Source: Eledone cirrhosa (Eukaryota). Taken from it: 64,000 nt of DNA. The notes under the pieces are model-generated. The model saw only the letters and a program-made list of their open reading frames with translations. It was not told the origin of the DNA and did not search any database. Positions 13,394 to 25,590 of this stretch are shown piece after piece. Position numbers and translations under genes: made by a program. Location: NCBI GenBank assembly GCA_964016885.1, contig OZ024743.1, positions 156,612,001-156,676,000 of the forward strand, in the 5' to 3' direction. Every line of letters begins with the position of its first letter. Positions within the stretch are counted from its first letter, which is position 1.

Positions 13394-15801
13394 AATATAG
13401 ACATAGAATATTCGAAAATATTCTGTATGTTTATAATAAACATTTTGAAGACCTAATCGCTATAGAATAGAATACGTCACGTATTACAATTAGATTCTCG
13501 ATAAAAGCAAGGGAAGTAATCTACGCGTTTCATTCTCGTTAGAAATCATCAGGACTACATATCCAGTGCTTTTATCGAGAATGACACAGCTAGAGACTTA
13601 TAGAATACTTAGCTGTGTACAGGAACTGGTTTGAAAGAGCGGTTGCCGGTCCGGCAGAAATTAGAAATTGGAATAAATGCTCTGAAATAGCGATATATAT
13701 GTGAATATAGACATAGAATATTCGAAAATATTCTGTATGTTTATAATAAACATTTTGAAGACCTAATCGCTATAGAATAGAATACGTCACGTATTACAAT
13801 TAGATTCTCGATAAAAGCAAGGGAAGTAATCTACGCGTTTCATTCTCGTTAGAAATCATCAGGACTACATATCCAGTGCTTTTATCGAGAATGACACAGA
13901 TTCACATATATATCGCTATTTCAGAGCATTTATTCCAATTTCTAATTTCTGCCGGACCGGCAACCGCTCTTTCAAACCAGTTCCTGTACACAGCTAAGTA
14001 TTCTATAAGTCTCTAGCTGTGTCATTCTCGATAAAAGCACTGGATATGTAGTCCTGATGATTTCTAACGAGAATGAAACGCGTAGATTACTTCCCTTGCT
14101 TTTATCGAGAATCTAATTGTAATACGTGACGTATTCTATTCTATAGCGATTAGGTCTTCAAAATGTTTATTATAAACATACAGAATATTTTCGAATATTC
14201 TATGTCTATATTCACATATATATCGCTATTTCAGAGCATTTATTCCAATTTCTAATTTCTGCCGGACCGGCAACCGCTCTTTCAAACCAGTTCCTGTACA
14301 CAGCTAAGTATTCTATAAGTCTCTAGCTGTGTCATTCTCGATAAAAGCACTGGATATGTAGTCCTGATGATTTCTAACGAGAATGAAACGCGTAGATTAC
14401 TTCCCTTGCTTTTATCGAGAATCTAATTGTAATACGTGACGTATTCTATTCTATAGCGATTAGGTCTTCAAAATGTTTATTATAAACATACAGAATATTT
14501 TCGAATATTCTATGTCTATATTCACATATATATCGCTATTTCAGAGCATTTATTCCAATTTCTAATTTCTGCCGGACCGGCAACCGCTCTTTCAAACCAG
14601 TTCCTGTACACAGCTAAGTATTCTATAAGTCTCTAGCTGTGTCATTCTCGATAAAAGCACTGGATATGTAGTCCTGATGATTTCTAACGAGAATGAAACG
14701 CGTAGATTACTTCCCTTGCTTTTATCGAGAATCTAATTGTAATACGTGACGTATTCTATTCTATAGCGATTAGGTCTTCAAAATGTTTATTATAAACATA
14801 CAGAATATTTTCGAATATTCTATGTCTATATTCACATATATATCGCTATTTCAGAGCATTTATTCCAATTTCTAATTTCTGCCGGACCGGCAACCGCTCT
14901 TTCAAACCAGTTCCTGTACACAGCTAAGTATTCTATAAGTCTCTAGCTGTGTCATTCTCGATAAAAGCACTGGATATGTAGTCCTGATGATTTCTAACGA
15001 GAATGAAACGCGTAGATTACTTCCCTTGCTTTTATCGAGAATCTAATTGTAATACGTGACGTATTCTATTCTATAGCGATTAGGTCTTCAAAATGTTTAT
15101 TATAAACATACAGAATATTTTCGAATATTCTATGTCTATATTCACATATATATCGCTATTTCAGAGCATTTATTCCAATTTCTAATTTCTGCCGGACCGG
15201 CAACCGCTCTTTCAAACCAGTTCCTGTACACAGCTAAGTATTCTATAAGTCTCTAGCTGTGTCATTCTCGATAAAAGCACTGGATATGTAGTCCTGATGA
15301 TTTCTAACGAGAATGAAACGCGTAGATTACTTCCCTTGCTTTTATCGAGAATCTAATTGTAATACGTGACGTATTCTATTCTATAGCGATTAGGTCTTCA
15401 AAATGTTTATTATAAACATACAGAATATTTTCGAATATTCTATGTCTATATTCACATATATATCGCTATTTCAGAGCATTTATTCCAATTTCTAATTTCT
15501 GCCGGACCGGCAACCGCTCTTTCAAACCAGTTCCTGTACACAGCTAAGTATTCTATAAGTCTCTAGCTGTGTCATTCTCGATAAAAGCACTGGATATGTA
15601 GTCCTGATGATTTCTAACGAGAATGAAACGCGTAGATTACTTCCCTTGCTTTTATCGAGAATCTAATTGTAATACGTGACGTATTCTATTCTATAGCGAT
15701 TAGGTCTTCAAAATGTTTATTATAAACATACAGAATATTTTCGAATATTCTATGTCTATATTCACATATATATCGCTATTTCAGAGCATTTATTCCAATT
15801 T
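13394..15801. mobile_element. Retrozyme-like tandem array of 310-bp HHR-containing units: 1.6 units on - (13394-13899), then 6.1 units on + (13900-15801), with a 15-bp TSD
   Basis: ttcacatata recurs at 13901, 14211, 14521, 14831, 15141, 15451 and 15761 (period 310). Units look identical by eye. TTTTAATTGTAATAT occurs at 13384-13398 and 15800-15814. Confidence 0.92.
14048..14090 (+). ncRNA. Type I hammerhead ribozyme (further copies at 14358, 14668, 14978, 15288, 15598 on +; 13516-13558 and 13826-13868 on -)
   Basis: GUAGUC-CUGAUGA-U(UUCU aacg AGAA)U-GAAA-CGCG-UA^GAUUAC. Stem I is 6 bp, stem III is the palindrome ACGCGU, predicted cleavage after 14084. Confidence 0.9.
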
Positions 15802-16596
15802 TTAATTGTAATATTTAATCTTAATAATTTTTAATTCTTTATTTGTATTTCTTTAATTTTTATTTCTTTTAAAAATGACTTATAAATCATTTTTTTTTAA
15901 ATGTTCTCACATTTTTAATATTTTTTCAATATATTTTATTAGATTTATAACCACTAACTGATTCTGGCTAAATATATATTTCAACATTTATACTTATTAT
16001 GACTAAATAGTCTCATACTAAGGAATAAATAAATTAAACTGGAGTTTTTCCGTATCTTCCAATTTTAAAATATATAAATATAAATATTCTTATTAACTCT
16101 ATTTTAATTTAACTTAATATTTACTTACATTAAATACAAAACCAATATCGCTCATAGCTCATTAAAACAATTATCTATCATATGATATACCCATCTATTT
16201 ATTTATTTATTTATGTATGTATCTACTTATAGCAGAAAATATTATATTATCAACGAATTTTAAACAACTAATAATCGTAAATACACTTCTATTAAGATAT
16301 ATACTTAGAACATATTTCCCCCAAATTAACGTTATATGAGTTTCATTCATCCTCTCTTGTTTATTTCTTCTCTCTCCCTCTCTCGTACTATTTTTTTATC
16401 TTTCTCCCCTTATATATTCGCTCTCTCTTTCTCCAGTGTCGTTTAAGTAAACGGTTGTTTTTCAATTATTTGCATATTCATTTGCATATTCACAGATAGT
16501 GTGAATAATCCCTAATATATTTCCACTATCCAGTGAATTTCCAACCGATAAGGTATGATTGTTATGGGTATGTCTCTATATATAAAACAAACTTTG

Positions 16597-16660
16597 TATT
16601 TTATCTGACGAAAGCGTACCAATGTTGTCTTGGTACCCTTGAAATATATATAATAAAATA
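16597..16660 (+). ncRNA. Type I hammerhead ribozyme at the PLE 3' end
   Basis: UAUUUUAU-CUGACGA-AAGcGUACCA..UGGUACcCUU-GAAA-UAUAUA-UA^AUAAAAUA. Confidence 0.85.
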
Positions 16661-16699
16661 AATATGGTTTTATAAATATAGTTTCCATTTATTTAATAT

Positions 16700-16785
<86 letters not shown>

Positions 16786-16789
<4 letters not shown>

Positions 16790-17421
16790 CATAACCTGTG
16801 TATTTGCTGGCATGGGCGTGCATCTGTGCGCTTATGTTAGTTGATATATTAAATTATCTATATTTATCTCCAAATCACTGATTTGTCGAGCAAACTTGTC
16901 AAAACCACTTCTAAAAAAATTTTTTTTGGGGTGTTAGTAGGCGTCAGTCATCTTACCATCCCATTCCTTCTAACTAGCCTCTGTGTCACGTGATTGATTC
17001 TTTAGAATCGGCCATTTGACTTGAAGCAGTGAGAATTTCGGTACATAGAATCCAGTCCTCGCAAGCTGTTCGATCTACCGAATTATTATTATTTTTATAT
17101 GAGCCGCCAGTGTCCGCGCATTGCCTGGAGACTTAACTGAGAATAGACTTCCTGATGACGCAATGAATTCTCGACAGTTGGATTACATAACTGTCTTTAT
17201 CCCATTGCAGAAACTAATTAGTTGGAGTGAAAATTTAAGTAAGAAAAAAATTTTTTTTTTAAATTTTTTTAAAAAAATATTTTCTTATTTTACGTCCTTT
17301 ATATTATTGTTCTGCATTCTCATGCATTGAACCACCTAGGTACTATGACATAACCTGTGTATTTGCTGGCATGGGCGTGCATCTGTGCGCTTATGTTAGT
17401 TGATATATTAAATTATCTATA
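16786..17421 (+). mobile_element. Non-coding 559-bp HHR element with ~77-bp direct terminal redundancy, inserted in (TA)n
   Basis: atgacataacctgtgtatttgctgg..aaattatctatat occurs at 16786 and 17345. Internal HHR at 17147-17228. Confidence 0.75.
17147..17228 (+). ncRNA. Type I hammerhead ribozyme with extended stem II
   Basis: ACUUC-CUGAUGA-cGCAAUG..GACAGUU..AACUGUC..CAUUGCa-GAAA-CUAAUUAG-UU^GGAGU. Stem III is the palindrome ACUAAUUAGU. Confidence 0.8.
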
Positions 17422-18223
17422 TATATATATATATATATTTCAGTGTATATCCCTCATGGTAGATATATGTAAATATAAGCATGTGTTGGTGTGTATATAT
17501 GTGCAGTGTAGTGTTAAAATATAGATTGCATAGATACATGTATTTACTGTTCCATGAACAAGTCTAACAGTTTCAATACAATTCATCTGCTGGGCTACTT
17601 GGTTTCATTAATTATTAAGTCCTTATAATCCCTCAAGGTGTCTTCCAAGAGTAAAGTAATGTTTAAACCAGTATCGTTCAGTGATCTGATTTCCCCCAAC
17701 CCCGATCAACTGGCAGTTATAGTTCAGTTCTTGATGTTGTCATCTGAGCATGTGGACAGCTGTTGTTGTTCGCTTGTGTCCTGTGATGATAGCATTGATG
17801 TTATCCTGAAAGGAACAAACAATTGTGACTTATAATGGAGTTGAAGATTTTGTTGTATTTGTGTCATCGAATGTGGGCAGGAATGTTTTAACTATGTTTA
17901 TAGACACATAGATTTAAATGATGATTGTAGGGGTTTGTGTTTCTTTTACCAAATTAATATAGCTTGGGTTCGATTCGTCGATGCACGTTAGGTGTTTCCT
18001 TACATTAAAGTCTCACTAGTGCTTCTTCATGAGGCAATCCTGTGCAACATATCTATTTCCTATGATAAGCTGCACTGTTTTCTCCTAATCCTGTTTAATA
18101 TGTATATACCTACATCTGGTTTGGTTGTTCTTGTTTCATGAATATATTATGTTTCCTCAATAGAAACCTTCTCACTCCCTCTCTATATCTTTGAGTCTGG
18201 ATGTGTGCATGTGTGCGCATGTT

Positions 18224-18268
<45 letters not shown>

Positions 18269-19264
18269 TAAAATAACAGATTAAAGTTTAATCAAAGAAT
18301 CGCTGTTTTCACCCTTAACGGGATCTTCTGAAACTAACAAAGTCAATCTGTAAACGCAGAACTGGATATTTCAAAAAACGTTGCAACCAGAGGAAGACAG
18401 GAAGACGATACTTTGGTTCGTGGAAACGTTCGCTGGTGAAGAACGGGAAAAAACGAATAATACGTCATTAATAGGAGCGGTGAAAAACAATTACGCGCAA
18501 AGACAGAACAACGTTTATGGTATAAAAGAGGTCGTAGACTAATGTTCTCTTAGGTGGTGCATAGAGACGTTCTCTGGCAATGAACGAAAAAACGAAGATA
18601 ATAAGTCATATGTGGAGCGTGGAGAACAATAGCACGCAAAGACAAAACCACGTAAATGGTATAGCAGAAGTTGTAGACTAAAATTCTAACTAGGAGACCA
18701 AACGAATCTCCGCTACAGAGTTAAGAACAAAGTAAATAAATACAATACAGAAGTAATAGAAACAAATAAATACATACACGCAAACAGATACGTACATACA
18801 CAAGCATACGCAAAACCTTACCATAGGTATACAAAACCACGCACATATAAATATGTGTGTGTGTGTATGCTTGTGTACAAATAAATAAATAATTATATAA
18901 ACGTATATAAGTAAATAAATACTTATATAACAAGCGCACACACATACCTACAAATAAATACACGAATGTTCGAAGACGTAAGTCAACTAAAACAAGAAGT
19001 ACACATATACACACACCCACCATACGTACGAACCTGCATACTCACGCAGACGCAAAACTCCCATATACACATAGACAAACCCTAAATACCAGAATATGTA
19101 AAAATTATACGCCATAACAGTCAAATATACGTACGAGAAGGTATACATACCTTCACAAAATATACATGGTAATATATACTTACCTATGCAAATAAGTAAA
19201 GGAATAAACAAAACATATTCTTAGCTCCCACATCAATACGTAAAATATGCACGTAAAGATCGTG

Positions 19265-21393
19265 CTATCCGTTAGGGTATAACGTGGGGCTGTAATACAG
19301 GAAAGTTTTGTGCAATTTATGTTTACAAGCCGAAATTGCCTCAGATTTTTTGTTTAAGATGTGGTCTGTGGCGTAGAGTATTTCCAGGGCCTCAGCGGCG
19401 CAGAGGTCACATGGTCTTTTATTTCCGTTATACGATCTAGCCCTAGCTAGGATCTCCAAGTGTAAATTATATTGGGTGTGGTTGTCTTTTAGACTCCAGA
19501 TATAAGCTGAAAGTGACGTCATATTCCTTCTTAGAGGGTAACGAAAAGAATGGGTATGCATGTAAAGACGCTGCTTGAAACTATTGGCGGTTAACCCTAT
19601 GTAGGCCCTACGGGACGTGGGTGTTACAACCTTACATTTATAGACAATGTTACTAGAGAGGCATTTCCCGGATAGGGGACAATCAGCCCGATTCCTACAA
19701 TTACAGTTAGTACTAACTACAGGGTTGCACGTGTTCCTACGGCTAGGTAGTTTTGCTAAATTTGAAGCTGTGATGTTATGTGCAAGGTTAGGAGTCGTAG
19801 AGTAAAACATTTTAATCGTATTTCTATTAAAAAATTTACTATGTTTATGCGTAGGGGGAAAATGCTTCGTAATAAGGGAAAGAAAGATGTTAGCTAATGG
19901 TTTGGCCACCTCCACATTATATGGTGGGTTAAACCAACAAATACGACGGGATCTATTTCTTCTAGGTCTATTTTCGTACTCTGTATATGCTACCTTATCG
20001 ACAAATCCACTTCGAGCAAGAGCTTCATTGTAATAAGTGGAATGGTCGTCGAAAATGCGCTCGTTGGTGGAAAGACGGGAAAGCCTCAACGAAACGTTTT
20101 TTACCAGGTTCTTGGTTATGCTGGCAGGATGGTTGGAATGCTTACTTATGTAATTAAGCGTATCATTCGGCTTTCTATACGGGTAATACAACCCATTCAA
20201 TAAATTGAGGGTAACGTCGAGGTAATTAACGACTGAGAGATTGGCCTCAACCTGTATAGAGTGGTTGAAGCCTTTAAAGAAGGCTGTGAGTTCTTTTCTG
20301 AACCTGTCGCAAGCACGAGGTCCGCACTTAGTCATGGTCAAAAGACCATCGTCACGGTACAAACCACCCCCGCGTTGGGGAATTCGTCCTTGATAGAGAA
20401 AAGAAGGAAAAGGCCAATAAGATCAGTAACCTCCGCAGAGTGACTGGCGCACATACTCGCGTCGAATGGGGTACTATTGGATTGTTTAATCCAAATAGAG
20501 TCGTCGAAATTAATCACCGGCTTTCGGGCATTAAGGATGACATCAACTTCGAAATCCTTAACCACTGTGAGTGTTTTAGCGAAATTGATAGCTCTAAGGA
20601 GAAGTGGTAAAGTAATGGAGGAGTAGTAATTGTTGATGTCGAATTGGATAAAACGGCAATGTTCCTTGTTACATATGCCGTTGAACCAATCAATCACCGC
20701 GAAAGAATTGTTCCACAGTGCGAGAGGGGCCAAACTTAAAATTTCAGGTATAATTCTATCAAGAATCGTTTTACTAAGTCTACCTAAATCGGACTTCGTG
20801 GGGTTAATAAGCCGAATAGAGGGGTTGTTCGGAAAATTGGATTTGTGATCCTTCAGTGTAAAGTGGGGAGAGATAGAGTCCAGAGGTTCGGTCCGGTCCA
20901 GGATGTTGAGATCAGATGTGATTTTAAACCCAGCATCGTTGATTTCATTGACGACACACCGATTAGTTTTACGGTAATCCTTAGTTACAGCATTATGTAG
21001 TAGTTGATGGTAAGTACTGCGCTCCACTTGATATAGGTTGCCAGTTTTGTCGGAATGGACGTGCACGGCGTTAGAATCCTTAATATAACGAATTCTATTC
21101 TTCAGGTCTTGCTGGAAGGAATTGCTCCTATTTCGAAATTTGATACTCTGAATGAGTTCCAAGACATCATTTTCGAAGGCTAGCAATGCTGGGTTCCACG
21201 GAGGGTTATTATAGGTTTTAAATCCAAATTTATTCTGTTTGTTGTCTGCTTTTCGCGGATTATCGAAATAAAAGGCACGCCAACGCAACCTTTTAATGAA
21301 CGCGTCTGTTTTCTGTATCAGGAGTTTTAGGTATGTTTTCCTGCTTGGTACGGGTATGTTCTTTGTAGAAATATTGAGATGTTGTTTCTGCAT
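19265..21393 (-). pseudogene. PLE reverse transcriptase + GIY-YIG endonuclease, one frameshift near 20365
   Basis: DKTGNLY, RLINP, QFDINNYY, (GL)YRDDGL, YLDVT, WFNPPY, CNCRNRADCPLSGKCL, IVY..YIG..FKQRLYMH, CDLC..E, LNKKSE..CKH. Confidence 0.92.
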
Positions 21394-23017
21394 GATGAAT
21401 ATAAGTCAGTAGAGTGCTCAACCGAAGGAGCCAAATAGTAATAATAATAAAATTGAAGACTAAAATCCAAAGAGGGCTCGATAAGGAAAATATATATCAA
21501 ATATATAAGAACCGAAGAGCAAATAACAGATTAAAGTTTAAGCAAAGAATCGCTGCTTTCACCCTTAACGGGATCTTCTGAAACTAACGAAGTCAATCTG
21601 TAAACGCAGAACTGGATATTTCAAAAAACGTTGCAACCGGAGGAAGACAGGAAGACGATACTTGGTTCGTGGTAACGTTCGCTGGCAAAGAAGGGGAAAA
21701 AACGAATAATACGTAATTAATGGAGCGGTGAAAAACAATTACGCGCAAAGACAGAACAACGTTTATGGTATAAAAGAGGTCGTAGACTAATGTTCTCTTA
21801 GGTGGTGCATAGAGACGTTCTCTGGCAATGAACGAAAAAACGAAGATAATAAGTCATATGTGGAGCGTGGAGAACAATAGCACGCAAAGACAAAACCACG
21901 TAAATGGTATAGCAGAAGTTGTAGACTGAAATTCTAACTAGGAGACCAAATGAATCTCCGCTACAGAGTTAAGAACAAAGTAAATAAATACAATACAGAA
22001 GTAATAGAAACAAATAAATACATACACGCAAACAGATACGTACATACACAAGCATACGCAAAACCTTACCATAGGTATACAAAACCAAGCACATATAAAT
22101 ATGTTTGTGTGTGTATGCTTGTGTACAAATAAATAAATGATTATATAAACGTATATAAGTAAATAAATACGTATATAACAAGCGCACACACATAACTACA
22201 AATAAATACACGAATGTTCGGAGACGAAAGTCAACTAAAACAAGAAGTTAAAGACCATGTGACCTCTGCGCCGCTGAGGCCCTGGACATACTCTACGCCA
22301 CAGTCCACATCTTAAACAAAAAATCTGAGGCAATTTCGGCTTGTAAACATAAATTGCACAAAACTTTCCTGTATTACAGCCCCACGTTATACCCTAACGG
22401 ATAGCACGATCTATACGTGGATATTTTACGTCTTGATGTGGGAGCTAAATATATGTTTTGTTTATTCCTTTACTTTTTTGCATAGGTCAGTATATATTAC
22501 CCGTATGTTTTGTGAAGGTATGTATACCTTCTCGTACGTATATTTGACTGTTATGGCGTATAATTTTTACATATTCTGGTATTTAGGGTTTGTCTATGTG
22601 TATACGGGAGTTTTGCGTCTGCGTGAGTATGCAGGTTCGTACGTATGGTGGGTGTGTGTATATGTGTACTTCTTGTTTTAGTTGACTTACGTCTCCGAAC
22701 ATTCGTGTATTTATTTGTAGGTATGTGTGTGCGCTTGTTATATACGTATTTATTTACTTATATACGTTTATATAATTATTTATTTATTTGTACACAAGCA
22801 TACACACACAAACATATTTATATGTGCGTGGTTTTGTATACCTATGGTAAGATTTTGCGTATGCTTGTGTATGTACGTATCTGTTGTGTATGTACGTATT
22901 ATTTTCCGTTTCTTTGCCAGCGAACGTTTCCACGAACCAAAGTATCGTCTTCCTGTCTTCCTCCGGTTGCAACGTTTTTTGAAATATCCAGTTCTGCGTT
23001 TACAGATTGACTTTGTT

Positions 23018-23068
23018 AGTTTCAGAAGATCCCGTTAAGGGTGAAAGCAGCGATTCTTTGCTTAAACT
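23018..23068 (+). ncRNA. Hammerhead-like fold with non-canonical CAGAAGA core in the Naiad pLTR (also - at 18285-18335, 21535-21585, 28593-28643, ~47504-47553)
   Basis: AGUUU-CAGAAGA-U(CCC guuaa GGG)U-GAAA-GCAG..UUGC-UU^AAACU, with stem I extended by ACAGAUUGA/UUAAUCUGU. Confidence 0.65.
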
Positions 23069-23165
23069 TTAATCTGTTATTTTAATAAATATTTGTTCTT
23101 CGGTTCTTATATATTTGATATATATTTTCCTTATCGAGCCCTCTTTGGATTTTAGTCTTCGATTT

Positions 23166-23319
<154 letters not shown>

Positions 23320-25404
23320 GTAAATATGTATGAATCTCCAAGGTTATTGGTAGGGTGGGATTAGGCCTGATAATCTACTCTCTCCTTAAATGACTCGATT
23401 GCATTTTGTCTCATATGGCATTTGACAACCCAGCTCCTGGCTTTCTTGTGACGAAAACATTAGTAATTAACAAAGAAAGATATAAAGGTTGAGATGATGG
23501 GGGCCTTTTAAAACAGTCTTCTGATAGACAGAAATCGTCGTCTACCTTGGGTGGTACACTGTCCAGGCGAAGTATCACTCGGGTTTCAAAACCATGGTAG
23601 ATAGGACTACGTAGTCCCAATTGTGGTAAACCATCTGTGCACGGGAACACGGAAATCCCCCTTCGTTATATCAAGGTGCGCAATACATTCACTGGAAGTG
23701 AAGGAGATCGAGCTTTTGTTACAACATTGTTCTAAATGAAGGAAACTGTGAAATGAAATATTCAGGTTACGTCATTACGAGTCATTAAGCTTAGGCGTGC
23801 AATGAGATAATAGCCATCAAGAATTGATGAGGGCTTCATGCGTCGTAAAGGTATTTCACTATAATCCACGGGGTACGGATGTCCCTTTTGTACTATTCTC
23901 CTCTGCTATTTTGTCTCTCCAGCAAATGCTGGCCCGGAGTCCGAAGGGTTGCACCATATACATTGGAATTATTGGTGGGGTTATCGTAATATCACGCGAA
24001 TTTGCACCATTGACATATAGCAACCTTTCTAGTTTCATTACCTCCGGAGTTGTAATATAGGCTGGAACAACCATGGTCCCCCTGTTACCCGTGATGATGC
24101 GTACTGTGATGGAGTGAATTCAATGTCTGCTTCTAGGAATGGTCCTCCCTTTTTTCATGGATAGAAAAGTCAGATTTGTTCATTTGGGAAGGTGTAGACT
24201 TGCGGGAATGTTTGAGGTGGTGTTCAGATTGTTATCATATCACAAAATGGAGTAATCATCATCATAAATACCTATACAGGCATGGTTATGGACTGTGTTT
24301 ATTTCAAAGTCATTTAAGAAGTATTCAAAATGCCACATTGACATATTGTGCTTTGGTATTAGCTGTTAAACTATTGGTTCATAAACACAGCATGGAGTCC
24401 TTCGTGTCTTGTAAGTTTTATATGTCTATCCGTATCATGAGCATTCAGAATTGAATATAAAAATCTCCCCTAACATATGTTTTATCTGGAGATATTAAAC
24501 CTCCAATATACCTACCGAATATCAGCTGCAACAAACTCATTCATGTGTAGAGACTAAAATTCACGAGAGCTGCTTTTTCAAACTCGGAAAAGAATTCCAT
24601 AAGTATAATGAATGCCGCGTTAGATTAATAGGGCATTTGTGCTGAATAAACACTGATTTTGAGTGATGTATAATGAACGCTATTCTAGTGATCAATATGC
24701 CATATTATATTTGCAATTAGACTTAAATCCCTTAACACCATTATCCAATATGATTTGATTTGTGAGTGAGAGAAATTCAGATGAAATTTCTAGCTACTAG
24801 AAACATGTAGAAGCTCCCTTTTTATGTCGGACCACTGCAAACCTACTCAAATGATTGTGCGCACACATATGCCATACATGCTCAAGAGATAGATTTCGTT
24901 TAGTTCCTTTCCTATTTTGTCAATAAGCCCTAACCACTGGTTGGGGTAATCATTAAAACACCAAAAACCGACAATGGTTTAGATGACATATGGTATTTTG
25001 TATTTAATTTTTAAATTTTGTAATGTCAATGAATTTGCTGTAAAAGAATAATAGCATGTGATAGATATTGATTTAATTGATTTGCCTCATTGCAATATTT
25101 ATTTTTATTGTCACTACTCTTATTCTGTTGGTTGCTACAAATGTATTATTTTCGTATTACTGTTTTCATATTTATAAACTTATCTCTGTTTATAAGCGAT
25201 TGAATGCACATGTACGCGCAAAAACAAATAGGGACAGCATAATCTACTCAAATGCTTCCTCCAAGACAAGTTGTCCATATTTTTTGTAATAGGTATGTAT
25301 AATTTGAGATGTATTATATCTATACTTACCATGGTTTACCCTGTAGAGGGAAAAATGCCGACATTTAGACTCAGACAGACAATTAATAATAATAATTTAC
25401 TTCC

Positions 25405-25590
25405 GAGTGGATTGGCAGTATCGGTAGAGGGTCGGACGCCATGCTTTCCAGCATAGTTACGTCCCTTTACGATCTGAGTTCAAATCCCGCCGAGGTTGAC
25501 TTTGCCTTTCATCTTTACGGGGTCGATAAAATAAAGTACCAGTAATGTACTGGGTAATTGCTGGCCTTGTCCCTAAGGTAGAAATAATTA
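25405..25590 (+). mobile_element. tRNA-derived SINE
   Basis: A-box-like TGGCAGTATCGG, B-box GTTCAAATCC, core gcctttcatc..cggggtcgataaaataaagtacc. A second full copy is at 31955. Confidence 0.85.

Larger units (their letters stand above)
12420..16703 (+). mobile_element. 5'-truncated Naiad-like Penelope-like element (GIY-YIG remnant, long AT-rich 3' UTR, terminal HHR), interrupted by the 310-bp array
   Basis: IFNRHTIKLSYSTT, CNCRINSNCPLQNKCL, VVYEC..YVG..EFKSRWNNH. The UTR resumes after the TSD-bounded array. HHR at 16597-16660. Flanked by (TA)n. Confidence 0.75.

Noticed and set aside
14114-14124. RNA-guided targeting suggested by an 11-mer (TAATTGTAATA) shared by the 310-bp unit and its TSD
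   Set aside because: The match is AT-rich, lies at neither junction and is a single example, so chance cannot be excluded.
13394-15801. CRISPR array or plain satellite interpretation of the 310-bp repeat
   Set aside because: There are no variable spacers and the context is eukaryotic. The HHR, the inversion and the TSD point to a retrotransposed unit.
19600-19720. Selenocysteine recoding, as reported for some Naiad PLEs
   Set aside because: The Cys-motif positions are ordinary TGY codons here and at 12789-12836. There is no in-frame UGA at those sites, and I could not identify a SECIS.
23824-24454. Short ORFs in unique-looking sequence as a host gene (also 17638-17835 and 10770-11108)
   Set aside because: No recognisable domain, short frames interrupted by stops, and no consistent exon chain.
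25407-25500. tRNA gene
   Set aside because: It has A/B boxes but no cloverleaf, and it continues into a multicopy SINE body.
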